Positions 28,533 to 37,977 of a DNA stretch of 64,000 bases are shown here, piece after piece (within the stretch, counting starts at the first letter, position 1; the number at the start of each line of letters is the position of its first letter). The stretch is from a virus, in the IMG/VR virus record IMGVR_UViG_3300030107_007800, positions 20,578 through 84,577 of that record. One strand, written 5' to 3'. The position numbers were made by a program, and so were the translations under genes. A model generated the notes under the pieces. That model was not told the DNA's origin. It saw nothing but the letters and a program-made list of their open reading frames with translations, and searched no databases.

Positions 28533-31189
28533 TGAGGAATTCCAGAGGCTCCGGTGGGGAAAATAATGCCGACAATACGGTGAATGAAGGCTCTGTGCCC
28601 AACACAGCAGAGGGAAGCGAATACATATATTTAAACGCAAAGTTTGGTGATTTAAATCCAATATTTGATTCCGGTATTAAAGATGCTCCCCCATCAGACA
28701 ATAGGACTCCCAATGGATTCCAGCAGATTAATAAACTTGTTAATGCACATATCGAAGCTGATCTTTTGGAAAAAACAGGTCCTTATTTGGGAATAGTTTT
28801 AAGAATTGAATCTAATGAAACTCAGCCAGTCCCAACAGAAAAAAACTGGGTTGAAAGGGCGCAGACTGTCGCATCCAGTGGGGAAGCGGAAATTATTCCC
28901 CTGTTGACCTTAAGGGTAAGAATTCCAGAGCTACATGCTCATCTTCCAGTTCCCAAAAAGCTCCCCGACGAAGGAGTTTTCCAAACTGCTTGGGATATCC
29001 TTAATCGTGGATTGGGAGCTATGACAGATCACTCCATAATAAAAATGTATCCTGTATTCTCTTGTAGGGATACCGATGTTAGCACCTTTACTCCACAAAA
29101 GGGATCCTTGGTGTGGGTTGATTTTGTTGACAGAAAAACCCAAACAGGTGGAATATATTTAAAGCCACTTGATTATACTAAGGCGTCTATAAACACAGTC
29201 CGTATGGGCACCGGAGCTGGCGCTTCATTTACAAACGTTGGGTTAATGCCCCCCGGAGGTGCCCCCGGCGCGGGAAATTTTAATGGAAATCCTCCATTTA
29301 ATTACAGTGGACCGGGAACTTTACCTGATGGAACACCACCTACAGTAGCGGCAGTGAGGGAAAAGCTTTCAAGCTTTAGAGCACAAACCGGTCATAAGAT
29401 GTCGGAACATCCCGATAGATTAACAAGTGCGTATTATATTTTTGATAGATTCACACAAGCATTTGGGTGGACCGCTGCTTGGACTGCGGCAGCGTTGGTA
29501 CAATCGGGTGGGGAAAGTGGTATAAACACAAAAGCTACAGAAAATAAAGATGAGCCATATCCTAATTATGGTCCGGGGTTTGGGCTTTTTGCAATTACGA
29601 ATACTGGTGGTATGGGCGAGCCTAAAAATATGGCTTATATAAAGGGTGCTTGCGCTAAATTACCAAGCGAAATAAAAGATATGATAGGGTGGACCGAAGG
29701 TGCAACAATATTGCCAGACATTGATGCCAATGGGCAGATCATTGCTAGGGATGTATCATACTTGGCAGGTCTTCACGGAGGAGACACAGCCTTAGCCAAT
29801 GCCGATCCACCGCCCCCTACTAGAGTTGGCGCTAAAGTAAAAGGGTATTATGACTGTCACGATCCTAGAGTTACTGCTGATAGGTGGGCATTGGTTGTTT
29901 TGAAATATTATAAGGACAGGGCGTACAATCAAAATCTAACCGCAGCACAGTGTCTAGAGAAGCTTCACTGGTCTTTCCTTGCTGCTGGATACAAGAGTGT
30001 TTATATAAAAAGAGCAAACGAAGGAAGTGAAAAGGCTTTAGAAATTTTAACTAGATTTTCTCAGGGTCATGCAAAAAGGCAAAGAAACGGTCACAAGTGG
30101 CTTGGGGACGAACTGTGGGGACCGCTTGGTCCCTTTGCGGACGACGGAGATGGTGTGGATCCAATCATACTGGAGCCCGGACAAGATTGGAATCAGGGAA
30201 ACACGGTGTATCATCCAAGATATGGACAAGTTCCAGTTGTACGTAGAGGAAACAACCCTGCGCTGACAAAACAGGGAGCTAACTTTTATAGCTCTAAGGG
30301 CGGCTTTCTTTTGCCACCAAGAACAACTTTGGGAGGCATAACAAAAAGAATTATAAACATAGAAGGGGATGTGGTCGATACAAACTCTAGAATACTCAAT
30401 AGGGGTATATACAAAGTGGCTACCAATGTTGAAATGGTCCCCGATGTTAAAATTAAACCGGATAATTGGAGTTTTCAAGGTGATCCAAAAATGTTAAGAA
30501 CCAATAGGGTTAGACCCTATTCATACGGAATGATGCATAGGCGCTCTGAAAATTTAGTCAATGTTCCAACTGTATATCGCAAGAAAATTCAGAATCAAAA
30601 ATTGCATATTTTAGCAGCTAAAAGATTCGAAGCTATGAACTATTATTGGCTCAGGTATATAAATAATTTAACAGAAAACGAACTAAGAGATAACGATATC
30701 CGTGGTATATTTAGGATATCAAAAGGGTGGTCAAGGCACAAATACAAAGACGATTACGAGTATTATACTGATAAGATGGTCGATAAATATGGATCCTTAA
30801 AAGAGGGAAAAAAATACAACCCATTTCACTCTGCATACGAAACGGGTCTTGTATTTACTATGGGAAATAATGGCTTTTCCGCCCCAGAATCCGCAGAGTC
30901 CGATGAAGAATATCCGCCCTTTGAATATTATAAAAACCTTCTATCTTGGCAATGGTTGGTGAATCATGCTTATTTATTTGGCATATATCCGAATGAGTTC
31001 TATCCTTGGAGGTGGGAAGTGCAGGTACCTAGAGTCAATTGGTTTTCGGGTAATGATTTTGCAAATTCTAAAACTGGCGCAATAGTTCAGGGAGTGAGAT
31101 TTAAGTATTGTATGTATATTGTAGAAGAGAGCATCGAGACAGGCAGAAGAACATCTGACGAAGAATTCAACGAATACATATTTACTTAA
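28532..31189 (+). CDS. gp5-like baseplate hub protein: OB-fold-like N-terminus, tail-lysozyme-like domain, degenerate M15 peptidase domain
   Basis: LRVRIPEL...P..GSLVWVDF; AAAL...GESGIN...GFGLF; SAYETGL...WL..HA..FG...PWRWE. Confidence 0.55.
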   Translation: MRNSRGSGGENNADNTVNEGSVPNTAEGSEYIYLNAKFGDLNPIFDSGIKDAPPSDNRTPNGFQQINKLVNAHIEADLLEKTGPYLGIVLRIESNETQPVPTEKNWVERAQTVASSGEAEIIPLLTLRVRIPELHAHLPVPKKLPDEGVFQTAWDILNRGLGAMTDHSIIKMYPVFSCRDTDVSTFTPQKGSLVWVDFVDRKTQTGGIYLKPLDYTKASINTVRMGTGAGASFTNVGLMPPGGAPGAGNFNGNPPFNYSGPGTLPDGTPPTVAAVREKLSSFRAQTGHKMSEHPDRLTSAYYIFDRFTQAFGWTAAWTAAALVQSGGESGINTKATENKDEPYPNYGPGFGLFAITNTGGMGEPKNMAYIKGACAKLPSEIKDMIGWTEGATILPDIDANGQIIARDVSYLAGLHGGDTALANADPPPPTRVGAKVKGYYDCHDPRVTADRWALVVLKYYKDRAYNQNLTAAQCLEKLHWSFLAAGYKSVYIKRANEGSEKALEILTRFSQGHAKRQRNGHKWLGDELWGPLGPFADDGDGVDPIILEPGQDWNQGNTVYHPRYGQVPVVRRGNNPALTKQGANFYSSKGGFLLPPRTTLGGITKRIINIEGDVVDTNSRILNRGIYKVATNVEMVPDVKIKPDNWSFQGDPKMLRTNRVRPYSYGMMHRRSENLVNVPTVYRKKIQNQKLHILAAKRFEAMNYYWLRYINNLTENELRDNDIRGIFRISKGWSRHKYKDDYEYYTDKMVDKYGSLKEGKKYNPFHSAYETGLVFTMGNNGFSAPESAESDEEYPPFEYYKNLLSWQWLVNHAYLFGIYPNEFYPWRWEVQVPRVNWFSGNDFANSKTGAIVQGVRFKYCMYIVEESIETGRRTSDEEFNEYIFT

Positions 31190-31209
31190 GCGGGGGTATA
31201 GGATTTAAA

Positions 31210-32157
31210 ATGTCAAATTGTATTAAAAAACCTAATGATTTATCAAATTTGGATCCAAAAGTCAAGCAGAGTATGGATGCGGCGACCAAGGAAGAAAAGT
31301 TATCTTTGGAGGGAATTGGATGTGATAAAAAGCTAGAGCCCATACCAAACTTTCGTAAAGCTCCTTGTGAAGATGTTGTCGCTAATGGTCAAAACAATGT
31401 TCAAATTGTTGCGGGAAGAGATAGACCATCAACACTTTTATCTGGATATGGAGGCAGAGGTGACACACAGGCTGGGTCTATTGATATAGTTGTTGGGAGA
31501 ATGTCTGCTAATCCTGCGGTGGTCACTAAAGAAAACAAGAAGATCTTTGTAGATCCAGATTTTGAAAAAGATGCTGCAAGAATTCACATAAGTCAAAAAA
31601 CAGATGTTGATAAGAATTTTAATATTGCTGATGGAGTCGTTGGTAATTCAATCACCAGATCTGGTATAGGAATTAAAGCAGATAGTGTTAGAATAGTCGG
31701 TAGAGAGGGAGTAAAGATTGTTACTCAAACTGATAATAAAAATTCTTTAGGCGGCGATATATTATCAACAAAAGGTATAGATTTGATAGCAGGAAACGAT
31801 GACTCGGATTTGCAGCCATTAGTAAAGGGCAATAATCTTTTAGAAATTTTGAGGATTATAGTAGAGGACATCCGGAGGATAAATGGAATGGTCAATTCTT
31901 TAGCCACAAAGCAGGTTGCTTTAGATGCGGCTTTGGTTGCACACACACATCTAGTGATGCCTCTACCACCTGCTGCTCTTATTGCAATTCCATCAGTAGA
32001 ATTGGGTATAGCTGCAACTGCGGATGCGGCACAAATTGCTGCTCTTGATTTTCCCTCTCACGCCTCGCATACTGCAAATAGTATTACTAGCGAAATTGAT
32101 TATTTAAAGCCGGGAGGATCAAAGTATATAATTAGTAAATTCAACAATACCAATTAA
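31210..32157 (+). CDS. Putative baseplate central spike protein
   Basis: Beta-rich repeats (IDIVVGR, ARIHIS, IKADSVRIV), QPLVKG.NL and HTH (H-x-H) tip motif; follows the hub gene. Confidence 0.55.
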   Translation: MSNCIKKPNDLSNLDPKVKQSMDAATKEEKLSLEGIGCDKKLEPIPNFRKAPCEDVVANGQNNVQIVAGRDRPSTLLSGYGGRGDTQAGSIDIVVGRMSANPAVVTKENKKIFVDPDFEKDAARIHISQKTDVDKNFNIADGVVGNSITRSGIGIKADSVRIVGREGVKIVTQTDNKNSLGGDILSTKGIDLIAGNDDSDLQPLVKGNNLLEILRIIVEDIRRINGMVNSLATKQVALDAALVAHTHLVMPLPPAALIAIPSVELGIAATADAAQIAALDFPSHASHTANSITSEIDYLKPGGSKYIISKFNNTN

Positions 32158-32190
32158 TACAAAAATACAAATTTAACTTGGAATACAAAT

Positions 32191-35100
32191 ATGGCAAGCA
32201 CTCATAAGCACAAATTAAAATTCACCAATAAATATAAGGATAAAATACCCCTCAGATTATATCCGTCTGTAAATTCTCCAATTGTTGGATATACAAGTGC
32301 AGAATTAAAACAGGAAAATTCCGGAGGCGCACTCCCTTTAATAGTGCCGAACGAAGTAGATCTTGTTAGAGAGTGGGTCCTTGGAACCGGAAAAGAAGAT
32401 GATTACAGCTTAATAAAAATGCCAGCACTTTCGGATCCTTTAGACGAAAATTCCATTGAAGCCAAAGGGGGAATTTTTTATGTTCCAATCGCAACAGTTG
32501 TTGCAAAGTCAGCCCATCAAAGCAAAGTTTTAGAAAAACTACCAATAACTTTAGAAAAATTATCTCCAATGGCTCAAGTTCTCAAGCCAGAATGGACGAA
32601 AATGGAATCACCGTATTATGATAGGGAATACGGTGATTATTGGATCAACGCAAGGATTCCGCACACATGCGTGGCAGAGGGGCTAACAGATGAGATGAAG
32701 TCTGAAGCCACAGAAAATGCGATTAAGCAAATTTATAGACACTTTAATATTGATTTGGATAGTGAAGACTATGGTATGAGTTATTTTAAAAATGGCTTAT
32801 TGGCAACAAAAATAGTCGATTGGTATATTTCTACAAGACCACACTCCAGATTGCAGGTTTTTGTAAAAATACCAGCCATATATATAGAATTTTTAAAAAC
32901 AGTGCAAAAATCCACTTCCTCTTATGATGATGATTATCCAATGACTGAGGAGGTATTAAATTGGTCTGAACTTGAAATAAGTATCCCAATAAATTCTTTT
33001 GACGCATCTATCGACAGGGCAGTTGAATGTTTAAAAAAATATTATAAACAATATATGACTGCTGATTTTGTAGTTAAAAAATTTAATTTTGAAAAAGAAA
33101 TTAAAGCACTCAAAGATACAAAATCAAAGGTAAAGTTTTTATTAAATGAAAATAATATAAATTATCCAAGCACAGACTCCCTGAGTAATAGCAAAAAAAA
33201 TCGTTCTGTTGGCGGTATCATAAAATTTAGATTTAATCCTGATTTTTCTATTAACAGCGTAGAATATTCATCTAAATCTCTTTCGAACTCTCTTCATACT
33301 TTAAAAACCACCTATCCATTTAACAGCCCCAGAACTAGTTTGTTGTTTCTAAGACATAGAGAATTGTGCAACCCTAGTCTGTCTTTAGTGGGTTTTTTAA
33401 AAACTTATATAATAAGTCCGGTCGTCAATATTGAGTGGAACGAGAAAAATTCGCCATCTAGCAGAGTAAAAAACAAGCAAGTATCACAATATGGTCAGTT
33501 TGATTTAAATATATCGCCATTAGATTTGCAAGCTTCTTTGAAAAATATTTCTTTAAATTTGAATTCCAGATTAAATGTAAATCCAGACCTAGATATTGGT
33601 TCTTTTGGCTTCAACAATTCGGCGTTTAATTTAGGTGATGGCACGAACCCAAAATTCGACTTTAAGCTTGAAGCTGTAAATTTTAGAGACTCACTTAGCA
33701 TATTCAGTGGAGATATGTTTTCATCCCCCGACCTTCTTGATTCTCTGAGTTGGAGATTGAGAAATGGCGGATTAGACGATTTGTACAATTATGTATTAAA
33801 ATTTATAAATTTTGAAAAACTCTTCGCTGCGATTGGCAACTATTACGCTTCGTCAACTGCCCTATCTCCGAGTTGGCAAAATCGAAAACTGGGCGATCTA
33901 TCAGCGCCAGATTTCGGAGGTCTTGGTGGTTCACTGGGATCAGCAGACCTCGCACCGTCTATGGGTTCTTTTGGCATTCCCCCCGGAGGAGAGTGGTTTG
34001 CTTCAAATCCACTGTTAAATGCACAAGGATTAGATTTGCAAGGCGAAGATTGGGAGGCAGCCTTTGGCGACCTGACGGGAGTTGATTTTGGAGGATTTGG
34101 AGATTTGTTGTATGGAGGTGGCGTGGGGATGGACTCTTCTTGGCCCAATGTTGGTGGTGTCGCCCTTAGCGCCCCAGATTCATCTTTTGATTTCAATTTC
34201 GAAATACCATCTTTCACACTCAGGATACCGACGTTCAACCTTTTAGACACATTGTTGGCATCGTTAATGGAGATTTTTGAGCGGGTTTTGACCCAGCTAA
34301 TACTTCAATTTATATTATACTTGCTCGAAACATTGTTGGAGAAGAACACAAGTTCAGCCGCCCAAGGCTGTGATTCACCATCAGATTTGCTCGATTCCCC
34401 ACGACTGTCGGAGCCTAATGTTTCAGCGGACATAGCAGTTTTAAAAAATTATGGAGGTGAGAATCTTAATAATCTTATGAAAGATTCGATAGGTGTTTTT
34501 GACGATGAGGTGTATAGAGAAAGATTGGCTGAAATATTTACAATTTGCGGAATTCCAGTACAAGGATTTACAAGCTTGATGCCAAATGACGCAGAATATG
34601 ACGAAAACAACGACCCTTCGCTCATTAACCCCCTTACAGCAGTTTCTTTTATGGATTCAATATCAGAAATGATCAGTCCATTCGAGCTGTTGAGCTTGTT
34701 TAGGGGAAATGCTGCGTATTCTCTTCTAAAAGAAATTCATGAAATGTCAGAATCTGATGAGCAATATCAGACCATAACATACACCTTGGACACGACCTCG
34801 AAAATAGAGAGCTTTTTTGTATGCTTGGGGGAGAACTTATCTGAAGACGTAATTGAGCAAGTGCGAAGTGACATAATTGAGACTTATGAAAATCCCGAAA
34901 TGTGCATCGATGTTGTACAAGAATTAAAAAGCCAAATGGAAGAAAAATGTCCCGGTCCAAAAACTATAGCTAGAAGCGTCTATAAGGAAGTGTATGATTC
35001 GGCTATTAAATATAAAAGAATAGTCAATCTTCTGCGGGAATCCAAGGGGGAAGATGACAAACATGTTCCTTCGTTGTTTAACGATGGACCAGTTAAGGGC

Positions 35101-37533
35101 ATTCTTTCTTCAGAAGATGTCAAGCCAAAATCACAAGATTTTGTAATATCAAAAGTTTCTCAAACTATAATGATGCCAGCTTTAATTTCTGCAAGGATGG
35201 ATATGGCTGAATATTTTACTGAAAAATACGGTACAAAGGGGGTCGAGTTAATGATGGGAATAAAAGAAAGCCCTGAAACTGCCACCAACTCCGCGCCGAA
35301 TTATTTTTCCTCGCATCAATTTGATGACGCGGCTGCATTGAGTTTTTCTACTAATTTATATGCGAATCAATATCTGTTTGCAAATTCTCCGGAGTTGTAT
35401 TTGTTTACGGATGGAAGAATGCAAATAATTAACACGTTTGTTAATGACAAGTACGTCCCCTCGCTAAAAGTATCAAATACTGCTATTCCAATCGGAAACA
35501 CAATACAGAATGCTATTGATTCAAGCCAAAAATTAAATGATATTATAGCTGAGTCTGAATTTTCTTTTTCAAAGCAACAGTCTGTGTTTTATGAATTAAT
35601 AAGAAAATATTATACAGATAAGTACCCATCCTCTTCGGGGAATCTTGACGGAACCGCTCTGGCATATTTTTTACATAGAAATTCATATGCAAATTTTGAA
35701 AACTCGACCTCATATGAAAACTTGTATCACAATATGTTTTCAGAAATGTTAGAATCTATTATGAACTTAGTGGCTACTCGCTGGACTGGAACAGACGGAA
35801 CCAAGTCGTTGAAGGAATATTCGAAAGCAATTTCAAATAATATGACTATAAATAAAATTCTACAATACGACCAAGCCAAGCAAATGATAATGGACCAATA
35901 TGATTTGGCTGACTATGATAACCCCAACGATACGGCTATTGGAAAAAAACAATATGCATTATTAGCGGGGGTTTTTCACATATACCATAGAGCTTATATA
36001 ATGGAGTATCTTGCAAGGGCTATGCCTTTTTATGAAGTATTTGGGTTTAGTTCTTTAGAGTCTGGAGGCAATTTTAAATTAGCTGCAAAATATATTAAAG
36101 AATTGATAAAGGTTGATTTGGGCACCGCAGAGGATTCAAGCTACATTCAAAGCCTCGACTTTCTGACCGACTCTCTCGGTTTAGAACCTACAACCGCTTA
36201 TATCCTCTCTCAGGAGACTTTAAGGTATGAAAGGTTTGCACAATTGTGCAAAGAAGTGGTTGAATTCCTAAGAGAAAAGGGTGAAATCACTCAAAGCGAA
36301 TATGCATCAATTGATAAATCAAATACTGACTGGAGTGTTGAATATTATATAGATAAAAATTTTATGAGTGTTTATGAGGTTTTTGCAAGTGATGTGTTCG
36401 GAGAAGATCAGTCAGCCGCATTTGCGGCAAACCTTGATGCCCTGTTCGGGTCCTTCGATTATTCACGCCCAGTACATGACATTGCGGGTGTATCGTGGAG
36501 TGCCGTAGAGGGCGGTTTGGAATATACACAATATACGGGCAAAAGCTACGTAACAAATGGGGACACGATTACAGGTGCTCTTTACAATCAATCCACCAAT
36601 TCAGGAAACCCACTAGACGATGAATCTTTCTCTTTGTTAGCTAACTCATCTATGTTTACTAGGGGTAAATTTTTTATACAAAATTACTTTTACTTAGAAG
36701 AGGGTGGCACCAATTCTAATTCTAATTTTAAAAACAGAAGTCCTCACGAAAAAAGGGTAGTTAGCGAAAAAACTTTTCACAAATTAATTGCATCATTGAT
36801 CTATGGTCAAGACCAAAATCAAGCCTATGGAGACATCCCAGACATAGGCAACGATTTCAGCATATCCTCTGTTTTTTCGAGCGTCAAAGTGGGGTCTAGA
36901 TTATGCTATGGGGTGGCGGTGGACTATAAAGGATCAGAAAATTCTCCGGGGTTTTCAGCCACCAACCGAGTAGGAAAATGCGCCCAAAAAATTTTTGATG
37001 CTTACACAAGCACAACAAGTAATCTCACAAGCACTGAGATGTCATCGGGCAAAACTATTGCCAAATATGACAATTCTTTAATTTGTCCCGATGGAGCTAG
37101 TCCCATTTATGACGCCACAAATGGTGCTTTGAATTTAAGGCTGACTGACCAAGCCCCCGACGTGGAAGACCCGTTTTCCTATTCAATAGTAATTCCATTC
37201 TGTTCCGTAGAAACAGAAATGCCCCCGTCTACATTGATGTCTTATTTGTTGACTGAAGAGGGGCAAACACTCTATGAAGACGGATTTGACTACAAATCAG
37301 AGTGGAACAAATTAAACTCAGACATATTTAAAACTGAGGAGTACAAAGCTTTAAGAGAGTTTTGTTTCCCAGTGGAGGATATGTTGATGTATGCTTCAAT
37401 ATTTGGTGTACAAGTGGTGTCTTACAATAATCCAACTTTACAATCAGCATTGGCTAGCACAAAGATTAATTTAATATCCTCTATAAAGTCTATAGAAAAC
37501 GCCAAAAAATGGGATTATCTAAAGGATAAATAA
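32191..37533 (+). CDS. Large (1780 aa) hypothetical virion/baseplate protein
   Basis: Long ORF between the spike and gp25-like genes; no family recognised. Confidence 0.5.
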   Translation: MASTHKHKLKFTNKYKDKIPLRLYPSVNSPIVGYTSAELKQENSGGALPLIVPNEVDLVREWVLGTGKEDDYSLIKMPALSDPLDENSIEAKGGIFYVPIATVVAKSAHQSKVLEKLPITLEKLSPMAQVLKPEWTKMESPYYDREYGDYWINARIPHTCVAEGLTDEMKSEATENAIKQIYRHFNIDLDSEDYGMSYFKNGLLATKIVDWYISTRPHSRLQVFVKIPAIYIEFLKTVQKSTSSYDDDYPMTEEVLNWSELEISIPINSFDASIDRAVECLKKYYKQYMTADFVVKKFNFEKEIKALKDTKSKVKFLLNENNINYPSTDSLSNSKKNRSVGGIIKFRFNPDFSINSVEYSSKSLSNSLHTLKTTYPFNSPRTSLLFLRHRELCNPSLSLVGFLKTYIISPVVNIEWNEKNSPSSRVKNKQVSQYGQFDLNISPLDLQASLKNISLNLNSRLNVNPDLDIGSFGFNNSAFNLGDGTNPKFDFKLEAVNFRDSLSIFSGDMFSSPDLLDSLSWRLRNGGLDDLYNYVLKFINFEKLFAAIGNYYASSTALSPSWQNRKLGDLSAPDFGGLGGSLGSADLAPSMGSFGIPPGGEWFASNPLLNAQGLDLQGEDWEAAFGDLTGVDFGGFGDLLYGGGVGMDSSWPNVGGVALSAPDSSFDFNFEIPSFTLRIPTFNLLDTLLASLMEIFERVLTQLILQFILYLLETLLEKNTSSAAQGCDSPSDLLDSPRLSEPNVSADIAVLKNYGGENLNNLMKDSIGVFDDEVYRERLAEIFTICGIPVQGFTSLMPNDAEYDENNDPSLINPLTAVSFMDSISEMISPFELLSLFRGNAAYSLLKEIHEMSESDEQYQTITYTLDTTSKIESFFVCLGENLSEDVIEQVRSDIIETYENPEMCIDVVQELKSQMEEKCPGPKTIARSVYKEVYDSAIKYKRIVNLLRESKGEDDKHVPSLFNDGPVKGILSSEDVKPKSQDFVISKVSQTIMMPALISARMDMAEYFTEKYGTKGVELMMGIKESPETATNSAPNYFSSHQFDDAAALSFSTNLYANQYLFANSPELYLFTDGRMQIINTFVNDKYVPSLKVSNTAIPIGNTIQNAIDSSQKLNDIIAESEFSFSKQQSVFYELIRKYYTDKYPSSSGNLDGTALAYFLHRNSYANFENSTSYENLYHNMFSEMLESIMNLVATRWTGTDGTKSLKEYSKAISNNMTINKILQYDQAKQMIMDQYDLADYDNPNDTAIGKKQYALLAGVFHIYHRAYIMEYLARAMPFYEVFGFSSLESGGNFKLAAKYIKELIKVDLGTAEDSSYIQSLDFLTDSLGLEPTTAYILSQETLRYERFAQLCKEVVEFLREKGEITQSEYASIDKSNTDWSVEYYIDKNFMSVYEVFASDVFGEDQSAAFAANLDALFGSFDYSRPVHDIAGVSWSAVEGGLEYTQYTGKSYVTNGDTITGALYNQSTNSGNPLDDESFSLLANSSMFTRGKFFIQNYFYLEEGGTNSNSNFKNRSPHEKRVVSEKTFHKLIASLIYGQDQNQAYGDIPDIGNDFSISSVFSSVKVGSRLCYGVAVDYKGSENSPGFSATNRVGKCAQKIFDAYTSTTSNLTSTEMSSGKTIAKYDNSLICPDGASPIYDATNGALNLRLTDQAPDVEDPFSYSIVIPFCSVETEMPPSTLMSYLLTEEGQTLYEDGFDYKSEWNKLNSDIFKTEEYKALREFCFPVEDMLMYASIFGVQVVSYNNPTLQSALASTKINLISSIKSIENAKKWDYLKDK

Positions 37534-37545
37534 GGAGTAAAATAA

Positions 37546-37947
37546 ATGTCAAGAGTATCTACGCTCGCACCTAGATTGCCGTTATCATTTTCGCCAAACG
37601 GCGGCTATAATATGCTTGTTACTATCAAGCAGGCAACAAAGCAAAATTTTAAATGCCTTTTATTAACCGCCCCCGGTGAAAGAATGATGGATCCGCAATT
37701 CGGTGTTGGTTTGAAAAAGTATTTATTTGAAAACTACACCCCGCAGCTAAGAACCAAAATATCTTTTGATATACAACAGCAAGTATCAACTTATATGCCG
37801 TTTTTGACACTTAGGAATATAAGAATAGAATCAGGAGAAGATTTCAGTCCCCCTGATTTCAACAGGGTTTATATTTCTGTTGAATATGCAATAAATTCAG
37901 TTTCCGTTGTTGATATTCTTAATATAAATGTAACGAATAATCAATAA
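37546..37947 (+). CDS. gp25-like baseplate wedge/sheath initiator
   Basis: QNFKCLLLTAPGERMMDPQFGVGLKKYLFE signature; AAGGAG RBS. Confidence 0.9.
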   Translation: MSRVSTLAPRLPLSFSPNGGYNMLVTIKQATKQNFKCLLLTAPGERMMDPQFGVGLKKYLFENYTPQLRTKISFDIQQQVSTYMPFLTLRNIRIESGEDFSPPDFNRVYISVEYAINSVSVVDILNINVTNNQ

Positions 37948-37950
37948 TAA

Positions 37951-37958
37951 ACTATTTA
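37951..37958 (+). promoter_or_regulatory. Putative late promoter ACTATTTA
   Basis: Intergenic, followed by GAGGAG RBS and TTG start at 37978. Confidence 0.6.
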
Positions 37959-37977
37959 ATTTTGAGGAGATAAGCAA

